Shown here: positions 17,936 through 27,929 of the stretch, piece after piece | How positions within the stretch are numbered: position 1 is the stretch's first letter | How the letters are laid out: each line of letters starts with the position of its first letter | Origin: an uncultured Pseudomonadota bacterium | Lineage (GTDB): Bacteria; Myxococcota_A; Polyangia; Fen-1088 | Assembly: GCA_963847705.1 (NCBI GenBank) | Contig: CAWKBC010000041.1 | Coordinates: 1-64,000, forward strand | Direction of reading: 5' to 3' | DNA: 64,000 nt | Position numbers and translations under genes: made by a program | The notes under the pieces: generated by a model | What the model saw: only the letters and a program-made list of their open reading frames with translations | What the model was told of the DNA's origin: nothing | Database searches by the model: none

Positions 17936-20900
17936 TTAGTAAAAGACGACCACCCTTCCGACCTGGCCAGGTGCGAACTCGCCCACCGCGAAGTCGGGTT
18001 GTCCGTCGCCGTTCGAGTCAGAAATCAGCCCCGCTCCACCGTAGCCGCGCCAATCGGACGGGATCTGCCCCGTGACCTTGATTACGGTCGGCACCAGGCC
18101 CAGCTGCAGTTGCGCGCCCGAGACATCGACGTTCCCCGAGAGTGAGGGCATCGCCGCGCCGTTCACGATGTAGACCGGAGCTCCAGTCTCGGACTGACCA
18201 CCGACGACGAGATCGGGTGCCGCGTCGCCGCCAACGAGCGACAACGTCTGGGAGGTCCCTTTGACGCCGCTCCCCAGGTTCACGACTCCGAAGGAGTTTC
18301 CAGCCTGCGCATCGCTCAACCGGAAGGAGGCGGCGGGAGCGCCGCCGGCCACGCCCAGCAGAGGTCCAGTCGCGGCGGTCCCGAAATGGACGTCGACGTA
18401 GGCAGGCGCCGCGTACGGTGCCCCGATCGTCACCGCGCCAACAGAGCCGCCGACCGACCCCAGGTAACCCAGGTCGAACCCGTAGAAGTCCGCGGCCGGC
18501 GCAACCACCGAGTCGTTGGCCCCCGCGGCGGTCAGGACACCGGATGGCGACTGCCCCGCGAATGCATAGATCGCGCTCGCACCAGCGGCCGCCGTCACGA
18601 GTCCCGGTCCATTTGGTGACGGGAAGAACTGCCCGATTCCCACGGTGGCGAGACCGAAGAACCCGCCCGCGGCCGTCCCGTCGATCTCTATCGTTCCCGC
18701 TCCCGGGATCGTCTGCGAAGCGAAGCTCGAGCCCCCCTTCACGACGAGCAGGCTCCCCTTCAATCCGTTGTCGAGAGCGAACCCGATCGCCAGATCGTCC
18801 GAGCCCGTCCCGTCGAAGTTGCCGAGCCGCGCCATCCCCGCTGCCTGAATCGAGCTGATGCCCCCGGCGAAGGTCGGATCAGCCGTCAATACGTAGTTCG
18901 CCTGGGTGTCCGACAACGTTGCTGGCCAGCTGTTGGTCGTCCCCCAAGAGGCGGGCGGATTCTTGCGGCTGAAGATGTAGATCTTTCCGCCGCCGCCGTC
19001 GTTGGGCGAGGCGATCGCGATGTCCGCCAGACCATCACCGTCGAGATCTCCGGCATTCACGACCGCCTGCCCGAAGTCCGCCACCGATCCGGTGATCGTA
19101 ATCGAGGGCGTCGCCGAGTAGCCGGCCGCGGTCCCGAAGTAGACGTAGACGTGAGTTCCATTGTCGGCACCGACGATGAGGTCGGAGAATCCGTCAGCCG
19201 CAAAGCCCAGACCGTTCGCGGTTCCGAAATCACCGGAGCCGTCCAGGTCCTGCCCCACCCCGTCCGTCCCGACGCCGGTCAGGACCGTGGTCAGGAAGTG
19301 CGCAGTCGTCGCGGAGGCCGTCGTCACCATCGCGCTGGTGGTCCCCGCGACATTGCTCGCCTCGACCGCGAAGTAGTACCCGTTCTCGATGTAGAGGCTG
19401 CTGACGTTGATGCCATCGAGCTGGCCCACGTTCGCCGGCGTTCCACTGTAGGGAACCGCGACCGTAACGGTGCTGTCATTGAAGTTGCTGGCGGTGATCG
19501 GCACCTTCGCATACCGGACCTGGTAGCCGGCGACGTTCCCGCCATTGCCATCGCTGGGCGCCGTCCAGGTCAGCTGCATCGTGGTCTGCCGCCGCAGGTT
19601 TGGTGGGATTGATACATTCAATCCCGCCGGCGCGTTCGGTGTCGCGGTATCCACCGTCACCGTCACGGTCCCACTCCCCACGCCCGCGCCCGGCACGTTG
19701 TCCGTCGTGGCGAGGATCGTCTGGGTCCCCTCGGGGATGGTGACGCTGTTGAGCTGCGCGTGGCCGGTCGCGTCCGTCAGGGCGCTGCCGAACGTCGTGG
19801 CGCCGTCACTGAAGGTGATCTGGCTGCCGTTCACCGGCGCGCCGCTGGCCGTCACGGTGACCGCCAGGCTCCCTTGCCAACCGGGCGTGCTCGGGTCGGT
19901 GTCGGCGATGCAGCCGGGGGTGGTCGAACCGTTCGGGCACAGCAACGCGCCCGCGGTCGGCGTCGTGAACGTCACCACCGGGGCGGTCCCGACGGTCACG
20001 GTGCAGGTGGCCAGCACGGTCGCGTTGCCGGCCGGATCGCTTTCGGTCGCGACCAGCGCGTTCTGGCCCTCGGCGAAGGCGACGCTGCCGAAGGTGGCGA
20101 CACCGCCGACGTAGGCCGGCGTGTCGTAGGTGGTGGTGACACCGTTGTTGGTCACGTCGGCGACGACCAGCTTGTCGTCGGCGGTGTAGGCGACGTCCTC
20201 GGTGACGGTGGTCGCCGACTGCGTGAAGCTGCCGCACAGGCCCGCGGGCGAAACCAACGCCAGGCTCGGCACCACCGTGTCGACCCAGACGTCGTCGGGC
20301 TGGCTGGTGCCGGTGTCGGCGCTGTTGGTGGCCGAGGTGATGGAGACCTGCAACTCCGTCGCGGTGGCCAGCGTGCCGTCGGCGTTCTCATTGCTCTCGG
20401 GCAGCGTCACGCCCACGAAGTGGGCCACGAAGCCGGACCCGTTCGGGCAGTTGTCGCCGGCGGCGGCGGCGGTGGTGAGGATCGCGCTCCCCAGCTGGAC
20501 CAGGCTGCTGTCGCCCTTGTGGCCGACGAACAGCGTGGCCGTCCCGGCGGTGTCGGTGCAGGCGACGACGTCGGCCTGAGCGCCCGGCGTGCTGGCGTCC
20601 TCGTCGAGGACTCCGGCGGGGGCGTTGGCCGCCAAGATGTGCTTGGTGGGATCGGTGAACGTGGGCGCGTCGGACGCGGGCCTGACAATCTGAACCCCCG
20701 GCAACGACGAGGCGCAGGTGACGCCCGTGATCGTCTGGGTCGTCGGGTTGCCAGCGGCGTCGTTCAGCGTGAAGGTCAGGCTGAACGGTGCGGCGCCCGG
20801 GCAGGCCAGGCTGACGCAGGTCGAGGTGTTGACGGCAGAGACCGCGACGCAGGAGGGTGTGGCCGACGAGCCGAGGGTGACGCAGAGGTTGTTCCGGCCG

Positions 20901-22111
20901 CTGCCGAGCGAGCCCGCCAGGCTGGCGGCGTCGCTCGAGCTCGTCTGGGCGCAGGCGTTGACCGTTCCGCCGACGACGAACTGGCCCGCGGTGGGGCTGT
21001 TCACGGCCAGGGCGGGCGGAGTGGTGTCGACGGTGAAGCTGCTCTTCGTCGAGGTTCCGGTGATCCCCTCTTTGTTGAGGCAAGTCGCGATCACTTCGTA
21101 CGTGCCGTCGGGAACCAGGGTCAGCCCGAAGCTGGCGCTGCCGCCCGAGACGATGGCGCTGGGCGTGCCGTCGACGGGCGTGCCCGGCGCGGCGGCGTTG
21201 TCGACCGCCAGCGTGACGGTCTGGCCGTCCTCGGCGCTGGTGCTGACCACGAAGGTCGCCTGGTAAGGCGAGCTGCTGGAGCTCGAACGATCGCCCTGCG
21301 GCGTGGGGACGCCGTTCAGATCCGGGTGCGTCGCGCTGATCACCGGCGCGCTGATCGTGCAGGTGGGCGGGCTGTCCGGGCAGCTCACCGTCACGTTTTC
21401 CGTGACACTGCAGGCCGCCGTGCTCGGGTACTGGATCGACAGCTGCTGAGCCGTGCTGCTGGTCGCGAGCTGAACCGCGAAGGACGCCGTGCCGCCGCTG
21501 ACCTTGACGGTCTTGAGCAGCGAGGTGCCGTCATAAAGGGTCACGTCGGTCCCGTCCGGCGCGCCGGAGGTGATGGTGACCGTGTATTGGAATCCGTCGG
21601 CGCAGGTCTGGTCGCTGTCGTCGGCGACGGTCAGGAGCGCACCTGATGTCGGCGCCGTGAACGCGGTCGTGTAGCAGGCCGTCGCGCCGCCGGTGCCACC
21701 ACCCGCGCCACCGGTGCCGCCACCTACGCCGCCCGTGGCGCCGCCCACCCCACCCGTTCCAACGAGGCCCCCCGTTCCGCCGCCCTTGCCGCCGACGCCG
21801 CCGGTGCCGCCACCGACGCCGCCCGTCGCGCCGCCCACCCCGCCCTTGCCGCCGGCGCCGCCGCCGACGCCGCCCGTGGCGCCGCCGACACCGCCCGCGC
21901 CGCCGTCCGTTGGGCTGCCCGCAACGCCGCCGCTTCCACCGTCGATGGTGCCGCCTGCTCCGCTCCCTCCCCCGCTCCCGCCGACTCCGATGGAGCCACC
22001 GGTTCCCGTCTGCGCGGGGGCGTTGTCACCACACCCGACGGTGAGCCCGACAACGGCGAGCAACGGAAGCGAAAACGAGAACGAAGCTAAACGAGCGCGG
22101 ATGTACCCCAT
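17936..22111 (-). CDS. Large surface lipoprotein: Gly-rich stalk, Ig-like repeats, FN3-like domain, FG-GAP repeats
   Basis: Lipobox LTVGC; TVDTTPP and DAAGN Ig-like motifs; C-terminal region closely paralogous to 15845..17872. Confidence 0.82.
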   Translation of the reverse strand: MGYIRARLASFSFSLPLLAVVGLTVGCGDNAPAQTGTGGSIGVGGSGGGSGAGGTIDGGSGGVAGSPTDGGAGGVGGATGGVGGGAGGKGGVGGATGGVGGGTGGVGGKGGGTGGLVGTGGVGGATGGVGGGTGGAGGGTGGATACYTTAFTAPTSGALLTVADDSDQTCADGFQYTVTITSGAPDGTDVTLYDGTSLLKTVKVSGGTASFAVQLATSSTAQQLSIQYPSTAACSVTENVTVSCPDSPPTCTISAPVISATHPDLNGVPTPQGDRSSSSSSPYQATFVVSTSAEDGQTVTLAVDNAAAPGTPVDGTPSAIVSGGSASFGLTLVPDGTYEVIATCLNKEGITGTSTKSSFTVDTTPPALAVNSPTAGQFVVGGTVNACAQTSSSDAASLAGSLGSGRNNLCVTLGSSATPSCVAVSAVNTSTCVSLACPGAAPFSLTFTLNDAAGNPTTQTITGVTCASSLPGVQIVRPASDAPTFTDPTKHILAANAPAGVLDEDASTPGAQADVVACTDTAGTATLFVGHKGDSSLVQLGSAILTTAAAAGDNCPNGSGFVAHFVGVTLPESNENADGTLATATELQVSITSATNSADTGTSQPDDVWVDTVVPSLALVSPAGLCGSFTQSATTVTEDVAYTADDKLVVADVTNNGVTTTYDTPAYVGGVATFGSVAFAEGQNALVATESDPAGNATVLATCTVTVGTAPVVTFTTPTAGALLCPNGSTTPGCIADTDPSTPGWQGSLAVTVTASGAPVNGSQITFSDGATTFGSALTDATGHAQLNSVTIPEGTQTILATTDNVPGAGVGSGTVTVTVDTATPNAPAGLNVSIPPNLRRQTTMQLTWTAPSDGNGGNVAGYQVRYAKVPITASNFNDSTVTVAVPYSGTPANVGQLDGINVSSLYIENGYYFAVEASNVAGTTSAMVTTASATTAHFLTTVLTGVGTDGVGQDLDGSGDFGTANGLGFAADGFSDLIVGADNGTHVYVYFGTAAGYSATPSITITGSVADFGQAVVNAGDLDGDGLADIAIASPNDGGGGKIYIFSRKNPPASWGTTNSWPATLSDTQANYVLTADPTFAGGISSIQAAGMARLGNFDGTGSDDLAIGFALDNGLKGSLLVVKGGSSFASQTIPGAGTIEIDGTAAGGFFGLATVGIGQFFPSPNGPGLVTAAAGASAIYAFAGQSPSGVLTAAGANDSVVAPAADFYGFDLGYLGSVGGSVGAVTIGAPYAAPAYVDVHFGTAATGPLLGVAGGAPAASFRLSDAQAGNSFGVVNLGSGVKGTSQTLSLVGGDAAPDLVVGGQSETGAPVYIVNGAAMPSLSGNVDVSGAQLQLGLVPTVIKVTGQIPSDWRGYGGAGLISDSNGDGQPDFAVGEFAPGQVGRVVVFY

Positions 22112-22233
22112 GAACTCTCCGAATCGGCGTTTTTGCGCGTGAAGTAAAGAAATTGGCCGGCCGATTCTATGTGTTTTTGAAAGGCACGCCAGCCGGTAAG
22201 TGGCGGTTGGGGTGATATAATTAGCGGCCTGCC

Positions 22234-23229
22234 ATGACCACCACAGCTCTGCCTCGGCTCGACGGGAACCTGGGCGGGTCGCGGGCGCCGGCAGAGCTGT
22301 TGTCGGCGCTAGAGGCGAACATCGCCCGGGTGCTGCGCGGCAAGCCCGGCGTGATCCGTCACGCGGTGATCGCGCTCTGCGCGCGGGGCCATCTGCTGAT
22401 CGAGGACGTGCCCGGCGTGGGGAAGACCACCTTGGCCCGCGCGCTGGCCCGCTCGATCGGCGGGACGTTCCACCGGATCCAGTTCACCAGCGACCTCCTG
22501 CCGTCCGATGTGCTGGGCGTTTCGGTCCTCGATCCCAAGACCAGCGAGTTCGAGTTCAAGCCGGGGCCGGTGTTCGCGAACCTCGTCCTGGCCGACGAGA
22601 TCAACCGAACGCCGCCGCGCACGCAGAGCGCGCTCCTCGAGGCGATGAACGATGGACAGGTGTCGGTCGACGGGCGCTCGTTCCCGCTGGAGGCGCCGTT
22701 CCTGGTGATGGCGACGCAGAACTCCGAGGAGCACTACGGGACCTACCCGCTCCCCGAGTCGCAGATGGATCGCTTCCTCTTGCGGCTGCGGATCGACTAC
22801 CCCGCGCCCGAGGACGAGCGGCGCATCCTGCTCGAATCGCCGGGGCGACCCGACGAGGATCTGGCCCGGCTCCAGGCCGTCTTGAGCGTGGCCGAGGTTC
22901 GGCGGCTGCAGGATGCCGCCGAGCGGGTGCACTTCTCGCCCGAGCTCGCCGACTATGTCGTCGCGGTGGCGCGGGAGACGCGGCGCTCGCCGCACCTCAC
23001 GGTCGGTGTCTCGCCGCGCGGCGCGCTGGCCTGGCGGAACGCCGCGCGGGCTGCAGCGCTGGCCGAGGGGCGCGACTACGTCCTCCCCGACGATCTGAAG
23101 TCGCTGGCGGCGCCGGTGCTGGCGCACCGGGTGATCCCGGCGTCACCCGTCGAGGCGGTGGCGCGGTCGCGGCAGGACGTCGAGCGGGTGCTCGCCGAAA
23201 TCCTCGATCGCCTCCCGGCCCCGGGGTAG
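22234..23229 (+). CDS. moxR: MoxR-family AAA+ ATPase
   Basis: [64 protein letters not shown]. Confidence 0.95.
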   Translation: MTTTALPRLDGNLGGSRAPAELLSALEANIARVLRGKPGVIRHAVIALCARGHLLIEDVPGVGKTTLARALARSIGGTFHRIQFTSDLLPSDVLGVSVLDPKTSEFEFKPGPVFANLVLADEINRTPPRTQSALLEAMNDGQVSVDGRSFPLEAPFLVMATQNSEEHYGTYPLPESQMDRFLLRLRIDYPAPEDERRILLESPGRPDEDLARLQAVLSVAEVRRLQDAAERVHFSPELADYVVAVARETRRSPHLTVGVSPRGALAWRNAARAAALAEGRDYVLPDDLKSLAAPVLAHRVIPASPVEAVARSRQDVERVLAEILDRLPAPG

Positions 23230-23235
23230 CCCCAC

Positions 23236-24288
23236 ATGAGAATGATGCGCCGCCGATTCCCTCCCACCCGCGAGGGGTGGTGGTTCCTGCTGGCGACGCT
23301 GTTCGTCGGCGCGGTGGCGATCGACGCGGGGATCAACCTCTTCTTTCTGACCTTCGGGATGATGGCCTGCCTCCTGGCGGCGAACTGGCTGATGTCGACG
23401 CTGGGGCTCGGCGGGCTGCGCGTGCGCCGGATCCTGCCGCCGGTGATTCACGCCGGCACGCCCTACCTCATGGGAATCGCGCTCGAGAACCGGAAGCGCC
23501 GGTTGCCGTCGTTCTCGATCGAGGTCGAGGATCTCGTCGAGGGACGCCCGATCGACAAGCGCTGCTACTTCTTGAAGCTCCCGGCCGGGCGCTCGCAAGA
23601 GACGTCTTACCGGCACACGATCAGCCGCCGCGGGCGCCACAAGCTGTCGGGATTCCGGCTGGCCACCAAGTTCCCGTTCGGGCTCATGGCCCGCGCGCGC
23701 GAGGTGAAGGACGCGGCGGAGATGGTGGTCTACCCGGCGCTGGCCGTGCTGCCGCCGGCCCTCCTGCGAGGGCTGCCGTCGCCGCCGGCGCCCGCGCGCC
23801 AGCAGGGGCCGAGCCGGCACGGCGAGCTGGCGGGGCTGCGCGCGTTTCGCCCAGGTGACGATCCGCGCGGCATCCACTGGCGGACCAGCGCGCGGCGCGG
23901 AATGTTGTTGGTGCGCGAGCACGAGGACGACGAGGGGCAGGAGGCGACGATCGTCTTCGACAACGACGCGCGGTCGGGGGCCGAGGCCTTCGAGCTGGCG
24001 GTCTCGCGCACGGCGGCGCTGTGCGTGGAGCTGGCGCGGCGCGGGCTGGCGGTGGGGCTCGTCACCCGCGGGTGCGAGGTCCCCCCCTCCGCCGGTCCGG
24101 GACATCTGGCGCACCTCCTGCGGCTGCTCGCCTTCATCGCGCCCGAGGCGCGCCCGCTGCCTCGCCTGCGCCGCCGCGCGGTCGCCCGCGTCTCGCCCGA
24201 GGGGGAGCTTCACCTGGGCCACCTCGATCGCGCGGCATCGGGAGGAGACGGAGACGCGCCCGCGGTCCCGGTTCTCACCACCGCATGA
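23236..24288 (+). CDS. DUF58 domain protein
   Basis: PTREGW, RRGRH..KFPFGL..VVYP, LRAFRPGDDPRGIHWRTSAR, VREHE. Confidence 0.9.
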   Translation: MRMMRRRFPPTREGWWFLLATLFVGAVAIDAGINLFFLTFGMMACLLAANWLMSTLGLGGLRVRRILPPVIHAGTPYLMGIALENRKRRLPSFSIEVEDLVEGRPIDKRCYFLKLPAGRSQETSYRHTISRRGRHKLSGFRLATKFPFGLMARAREVKDAAEMVVYPALAVLPPALLRGLPSPPAPARQQGPSRHGELAGLRAFRPGDDPRGIHWRTSARRGMLLVREHEDDEGQEATIVFDNDARSGAEAFELAVSRTAALCVELARRGLAVGLVTRGCEVPPSAGPGHLAHLLRLLAFIAPEARPLPRLRRRAVARVSPEGELHLGHLDRAASGGDGDAPAVPVLTTA

Positions 24289-26522
24289 GGTTCCAGGCCG
24301 CCCACAAGCTGGTGACCTACCTGCTGGTGCTGTCGGCGCTGGCGGCGCTCGGGACCACGCGCGTGCTCGGCCCGGGGAGCGCGATCGCCTTCCTGATCGT
24401 CTGCGCCTGTTCGTTCGGCGTCGACGCCGGCTCACCTCGACTGACCGCCGCGCTCGATCGCGCGGCCGGCGGGGTGCGCGCGGCGACCGGCCTCCTCCTG
24501 GTGGGAATCGTCTGGCGGATCTGGCGGCGCATGCCCGACGCGGATCTGGCCCCGGCGTTCGATCTGGTGCTGGTGCTGCTCGGCTACAAGCTGCTCTACC
24601 GCCGCAACCACCGCGACTACGTCCACATCTACGCGCTGTCGTTCATCCTGGTGCTGGTCGCCTCGACGATCACGGCGACGTTCCTCTTCGTGGCGGCGTT
24701 CGCCGTCTACGTCGTGCTGGCGACCTGGGCCCTCATCCTGTTCCACCTGCGCCGCGAGATGGAGGAGAACTACCTGGTCCGGCACTCGGCGCAGGCCCCC
24801 AGCCAGAAGGTCGGCATCGGGCGGATTCTCGGGTCGCGCCGGGTGGTCGGGCGGGCGTTTTTCGCCGCCACCTTCGTGGTCGCGGCGGCGGTGTTCGTCG
24901 GCGCGCTCGGCGTGTTCGCCTTCGTCCCTCGCCTCGGCGCCGGGTTCGTGCTGGGGGCGCGCCCGCAGCCGAACCTCATCGGGCTCTCCGACGAGGTGGT
25001 GCTCGGGCGCTACGGAACGGCGTCGGGGGCGCGCCACGCGGTGGTGCTGCGGGCGACACTCCCCCGCCTGCGGGCGCTCGGCAGCGAGGCGGTCCGGCGG
25101 GAGGCCGCCGAACGGCTCTACTTCCGCGGCGCGGTCTACGACACGTACGAGCGCGGGCGCTGGCTCCGCAGCCGGCGCCCCGAGCTGCGCACCGTGATCG
25201 ACGAGGCCGGTGGCCGCGCCTTCATTCACGAGCTCGGCGAGCCATCCTCCGCCGCGACGACCGACACGCTGGCCGGCGCGGAGCGACAGGAGATCGAGGC
25301 GGTCGGCATTCCGGCGGCGGTCCTGTTCGCCGTCGATCGCCCGGTGGCCTTCGAGCTGCCGTCGACGCGGCTGGGGGCCGGCGGCGTCGTCGGCGTGGTG
25401 CCGCGCTGGTCGGGCGAGGCGGCGCTGCGGGTCGGCGGCGACGCCCAAAACGGCCTGGGCGATGGATTCGTCACGCTGGCCCACGCGCACTACGTCGCCT
25501 ACTCGCGCCCGCGCGCGCTGGCCGCGCCGGCCCTGGACACGCGCGCCCAGCTGGACACCCTCGCGCTGCCCGAAGGGCTTCCCGAGCTGAAGGAGCTGGG
25601 GGCGCGGCTGGGCGGCCGCGGCGTCAGCGAAAAAAGCGACAGCGAAAAGATCGGGGCGGTGGTCGCCTGGCTCCGGTCCGGACACGCCTACACCACGCGG
25701 CCGCCGGAGCGTCCGGCCGGGGTCGATCCGGTCGACGACTTCCTGTTCCGCCAAACAGCTGGCCATTGCGAATTCTTCGCCTCGGCGGCGGTGCTGCTCC
25801 TGCGCGCCGCCGGCGTCCCGGCGCGCTACGTGACCGGGTTCCGCGGCGGTGAGTGGAACCCGATCGGCGGCTACGTCGCGGTGCGGGGCGAGCGCGCACA
25901 CGCCTGGGCCGAGGCGTTCGTCGCCGGGGCCGGCTGGACGCGCGTCGACGCCACGCCGCCCGCCGATGCGCTGGCGCCGGCCGGCCGGCTGGACGAGACC
26001 AGCGACGCGCTGGACTTCTTCTGGAGCCGTTGGGTCGTCGGCTACGACCTCGGCCGCCAGCGCGATCTCGCCCATCAGGCCTGGCACGGCCTGGGGCACT
26101 TCGGCCCCGGCGCGCCGCTCGGTCAGATTCTGATCGCCCTCGTCATCGGTGCGGCGCTCACCGCCCTGGGGGTCGCCGTCCGCCGCAGGCGACGCCGGCA
26201 CGCGCGCGGGCTCCCTCTCAGCGCGGCGGCCGGTGGAGCGCGCGCCCGAGCGCCCCGCGCGGAGGGGGCCGTCGATCGGCTCTACCGCCGCACGCTGGGG
26301 CGGCTGTCCCGCCTCGGGTGGCCGCGACGCCCCAACGAGACGCCGCACGAATACGCGGCGCGCCTCCGGACCACCGGCCCGTTCGCGGGAGACGACGCCT
26401 TCGACGGCCTCACCGCCCGCTACGCCGCCGCCCGCTTCGGCGGCCGGCAGCCGGCGGATGAGGCGGTGGCGGCGCTCGGACGGACGATCGGGGATCTTCT
26501 CTCCGGATCGCAGCAAAACTAA
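24285..26522 (+). CDS. Membrane transglutaminase-domain protein (TgpA-like; DUF3488-transglutaminase-DUF4129)
   Basis: N-terminal TM helices; DFLF..GHCEFFASAAVLLLRAAGVPARYVTGFRGGE, AHAWAE, WTRVDATP; C-terminal RRPNETPHEYA; ATGA overlap with DUF58. Confidence 0.9.
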   Translation: MRFQAAHKLVTYLLVLSALAALGTTRVLGPGSAIAFLIVCACSFGVDAGSPRLTAALDRAAGGVRAATGLLLVGIVWRIWRRMPDADLAPAFDLVLVLLGYKLLYRRNHRDYVHIYALSFILVLVASTITATFLFVAAFAVYVVLATWALILFHLRREMEENYLVRHSAQAPSQKVGIGRILGSRRVVGRAFFAATFVVAAAVFVGALGVFAFVPRLGAGFVLGARPQPNLIGLSDEVVLGRYGTASGARHAVVLRATLPRLRALGSEAVRREAAERLYFRGAVYDTYERGRWLRSRRPELRTVIDEAGGRAFIHELGEPSSAATTDTLAGAERQEIEAVGIPAAVLFAVDRPVAFELPSTRLGAGGVVGVVPRWSGEAALRVGGDAQNGLGDGFVTLAHAHYVAYSRPRALAAPALDTRAQLDTLALPEGLPELKELGARLGGRGVSEKSDSEKIGAVVAWLRSGHAYTTRPPERPAGVDPVDDFLFRQTAGHCEFFASAAVLLLRAAGVPARYVTGFRGGEWNPIGGYVAVRGERAHAWAEAFVAGAGWTRVDATPPADALAPAGRLDETSDALDFFWSRWVVGYDLGRQRDLAHQAWHGLGHFGPGAPLGQILIALVIGAALTALGVAVRRRRRRHARGLPLSAAAGGARARAPRAEGAVDRLYRRTLGRLSRLGWPRRPNETPHEYAARLRTTGPFAGDDAFDGLTARYAAARFGGRQPADEAVAALGRTIGDLLSGSQQN

Positions 26523-26615
26523 CGGTCCCCCTGACAAAATGGCAGAGTCCCTGGCAAGCCCCCGCCAGACCGGCACCAATGCCCACCCCAGCCCACCTAT
26601 CCTGCGACCTTCGCA

Positions 26616-26631
26616 GGGCATCTTCCTTGCA
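26616..26631 (+). promoter_or_regulatory. Putative sigma-54 (-24/-12) promoter
   Basis: GGGCATCTTCCTTGCA fits GG-N10-GC, 32 nt before ATG 26664. Confidence 0.55.
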
Positions 26632-26663
26632 CTGCGCCTGCTGGGCCGGGAAAGGGAACTGCC

Positions 26664-27929
26664 ATGTCTAACCGCACGTCGCTTAAGTCACTCGTCATTG
26701 CCGCCTCCATCGCCGGCCTGATCGTGATCGCCACCGCAGGGCGCGCGGAGGCGCAGATCAGCGGCACGGGCGGCACGCTGGGCGTCACCGGGACGGGCGG
26801 CACCACCGGCAGCACGGCGTTCGCGGCCGGCGACTTCTTCACCACGATTCAGCAGCAGACCAACCCTCCAGCCAACCTGACCACGTTCGAGCTCTCCCGC
26901 TTCTTCAACCAGGCAGCCTGCGACTGCTCGACCCCGGTCAACATCTTCATCGCGCTGCTCGCCAGCGGCATCGCCAAACGGACCACCGCCGGCATCACCT
27001 CCGGGCAGCTCTACATCGTGCTCGGGAACGGCTGCACCTCGTTCGATGCCGGCTCGATAACGGTCGGTGGTTGTCTCACGATCGCCAGCGAGCCGGTGCT
27101 CACGTTCCTGAACCAGGCCTCCTACACAATCCCCACGGACGCACGCACGCTCAGCACCTACTTCAACGCGACCGGCGTACCCGTCGACGGCGGCTTCACG
27201 ACGACCGGCAACACCATGACCGGCACGGCGACTGCCTGCACCTCCCCCCTCGGCCAGGCGTTCACGACGACGGTCAACTTCAACTTTGACTTCGGCGACG
27301 GCCAGATCGACCTGAGCGTCCCGATGACGTTGCAAATCGATCTCTCCCCACCCCCGGCGCCTGCCGGCGTCAAGGTCCAAGGGGGAGACGAGGCGCTGGT
27401 GCTCAACTGGCAGTCGGTCGATCAAGCCATCACCACCGATCTGCTCGGCTATCAGATCCTCTGCAGCCGTGCGGACAAGTATCAGGTGTTCAACGAGGTT
27501 GGGAACGACGCCGGGGGGACCAGCTCTGGTCCCTTCGGGGCGGCCTTCCAGACCTGCCCCGCCACGCAGACCGGGATGGGCGTCGAGGGCCTCGATCCAA
27601 CCTTCGTCTGCTCGGGTCTGCTCTCGGCGCAGGCGACATCGGATCGGGTGGAGATCCTGCAGAACGGCATCACGTACGCGGTTGCGGTGGTCGCCATCGA
27701 CAACAGCGGCAATCCCAGCCCTCCGCTGGTCAACTACGGAACACCGATCAAGACGCTGAGCTTCTACGACGTCTACCGTGATCAGACGCCCCAAGGGCAG
27801 GCCGCCGGGGGCTTCTGCGCCGTCTCGACCGCGGGGCCGCGAGCAAAGACCACGGCCGCCGGACTGGCGCTGGTCGCCGTGGTCGCGGTCGGCTCGGTCG
27901 TGGCCCGCCGGCGAAGGAGACGTCCGTGA
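26664..27929 (+). CDS. Secreted Cys-containing FN3 protein with MYXO-CTERM-like anchor (MXAN_2561-like)
   Basis: Signal peptide; PPPAPAGVKVQGGDEALVLNW, YAVAVVAIDNSGN; C-terminal AAGGFCAV, TM helix, RRRRR. Confidence 0.7.
   Translation: MSNRTSLKSLVIAASIAGLIVIATAGRAEAQISGTGGTLGVTGTGGTTGSTAFAAGDFFTTIQQQTNPPANLTTFELSRFFNQAACDCSTPVNIFIALLASGIAKRTTAGITSGQLYIVLGNGCTSFDAGSITVGGCLTIASEPVLTFLNQASYTIPTDARTLSTYFNATGVPVDGGFTTTGNTMTGTATACTSPLGQAFTTTVNFNFDFGDGQIDLSVPMTLQIDLSPPPAPAGVKVQGGDEALVLNWQSVDQAITTDLLGYQILCSRADKYQVFNEVGNDAGGTSSGPFGAAFQTCPATQTGMGVEGLDPTFVCSGLLSAQATSDRVEILQNGITYAVAVVAIDNSGNPSPPLVNYGTPIKTLSFYDVYRDQTPQGQAAGGFCAVSTAGPRAKTTAAGLALVAVVAVGSVVARRRRRRP

Noticed and set aside
22234-26522. MoxR-DUF58-transglutaminase operon as a novel system or part of the RiPP cluster
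   Set aside because: A widespread known gene triad, transcribed away from the island.
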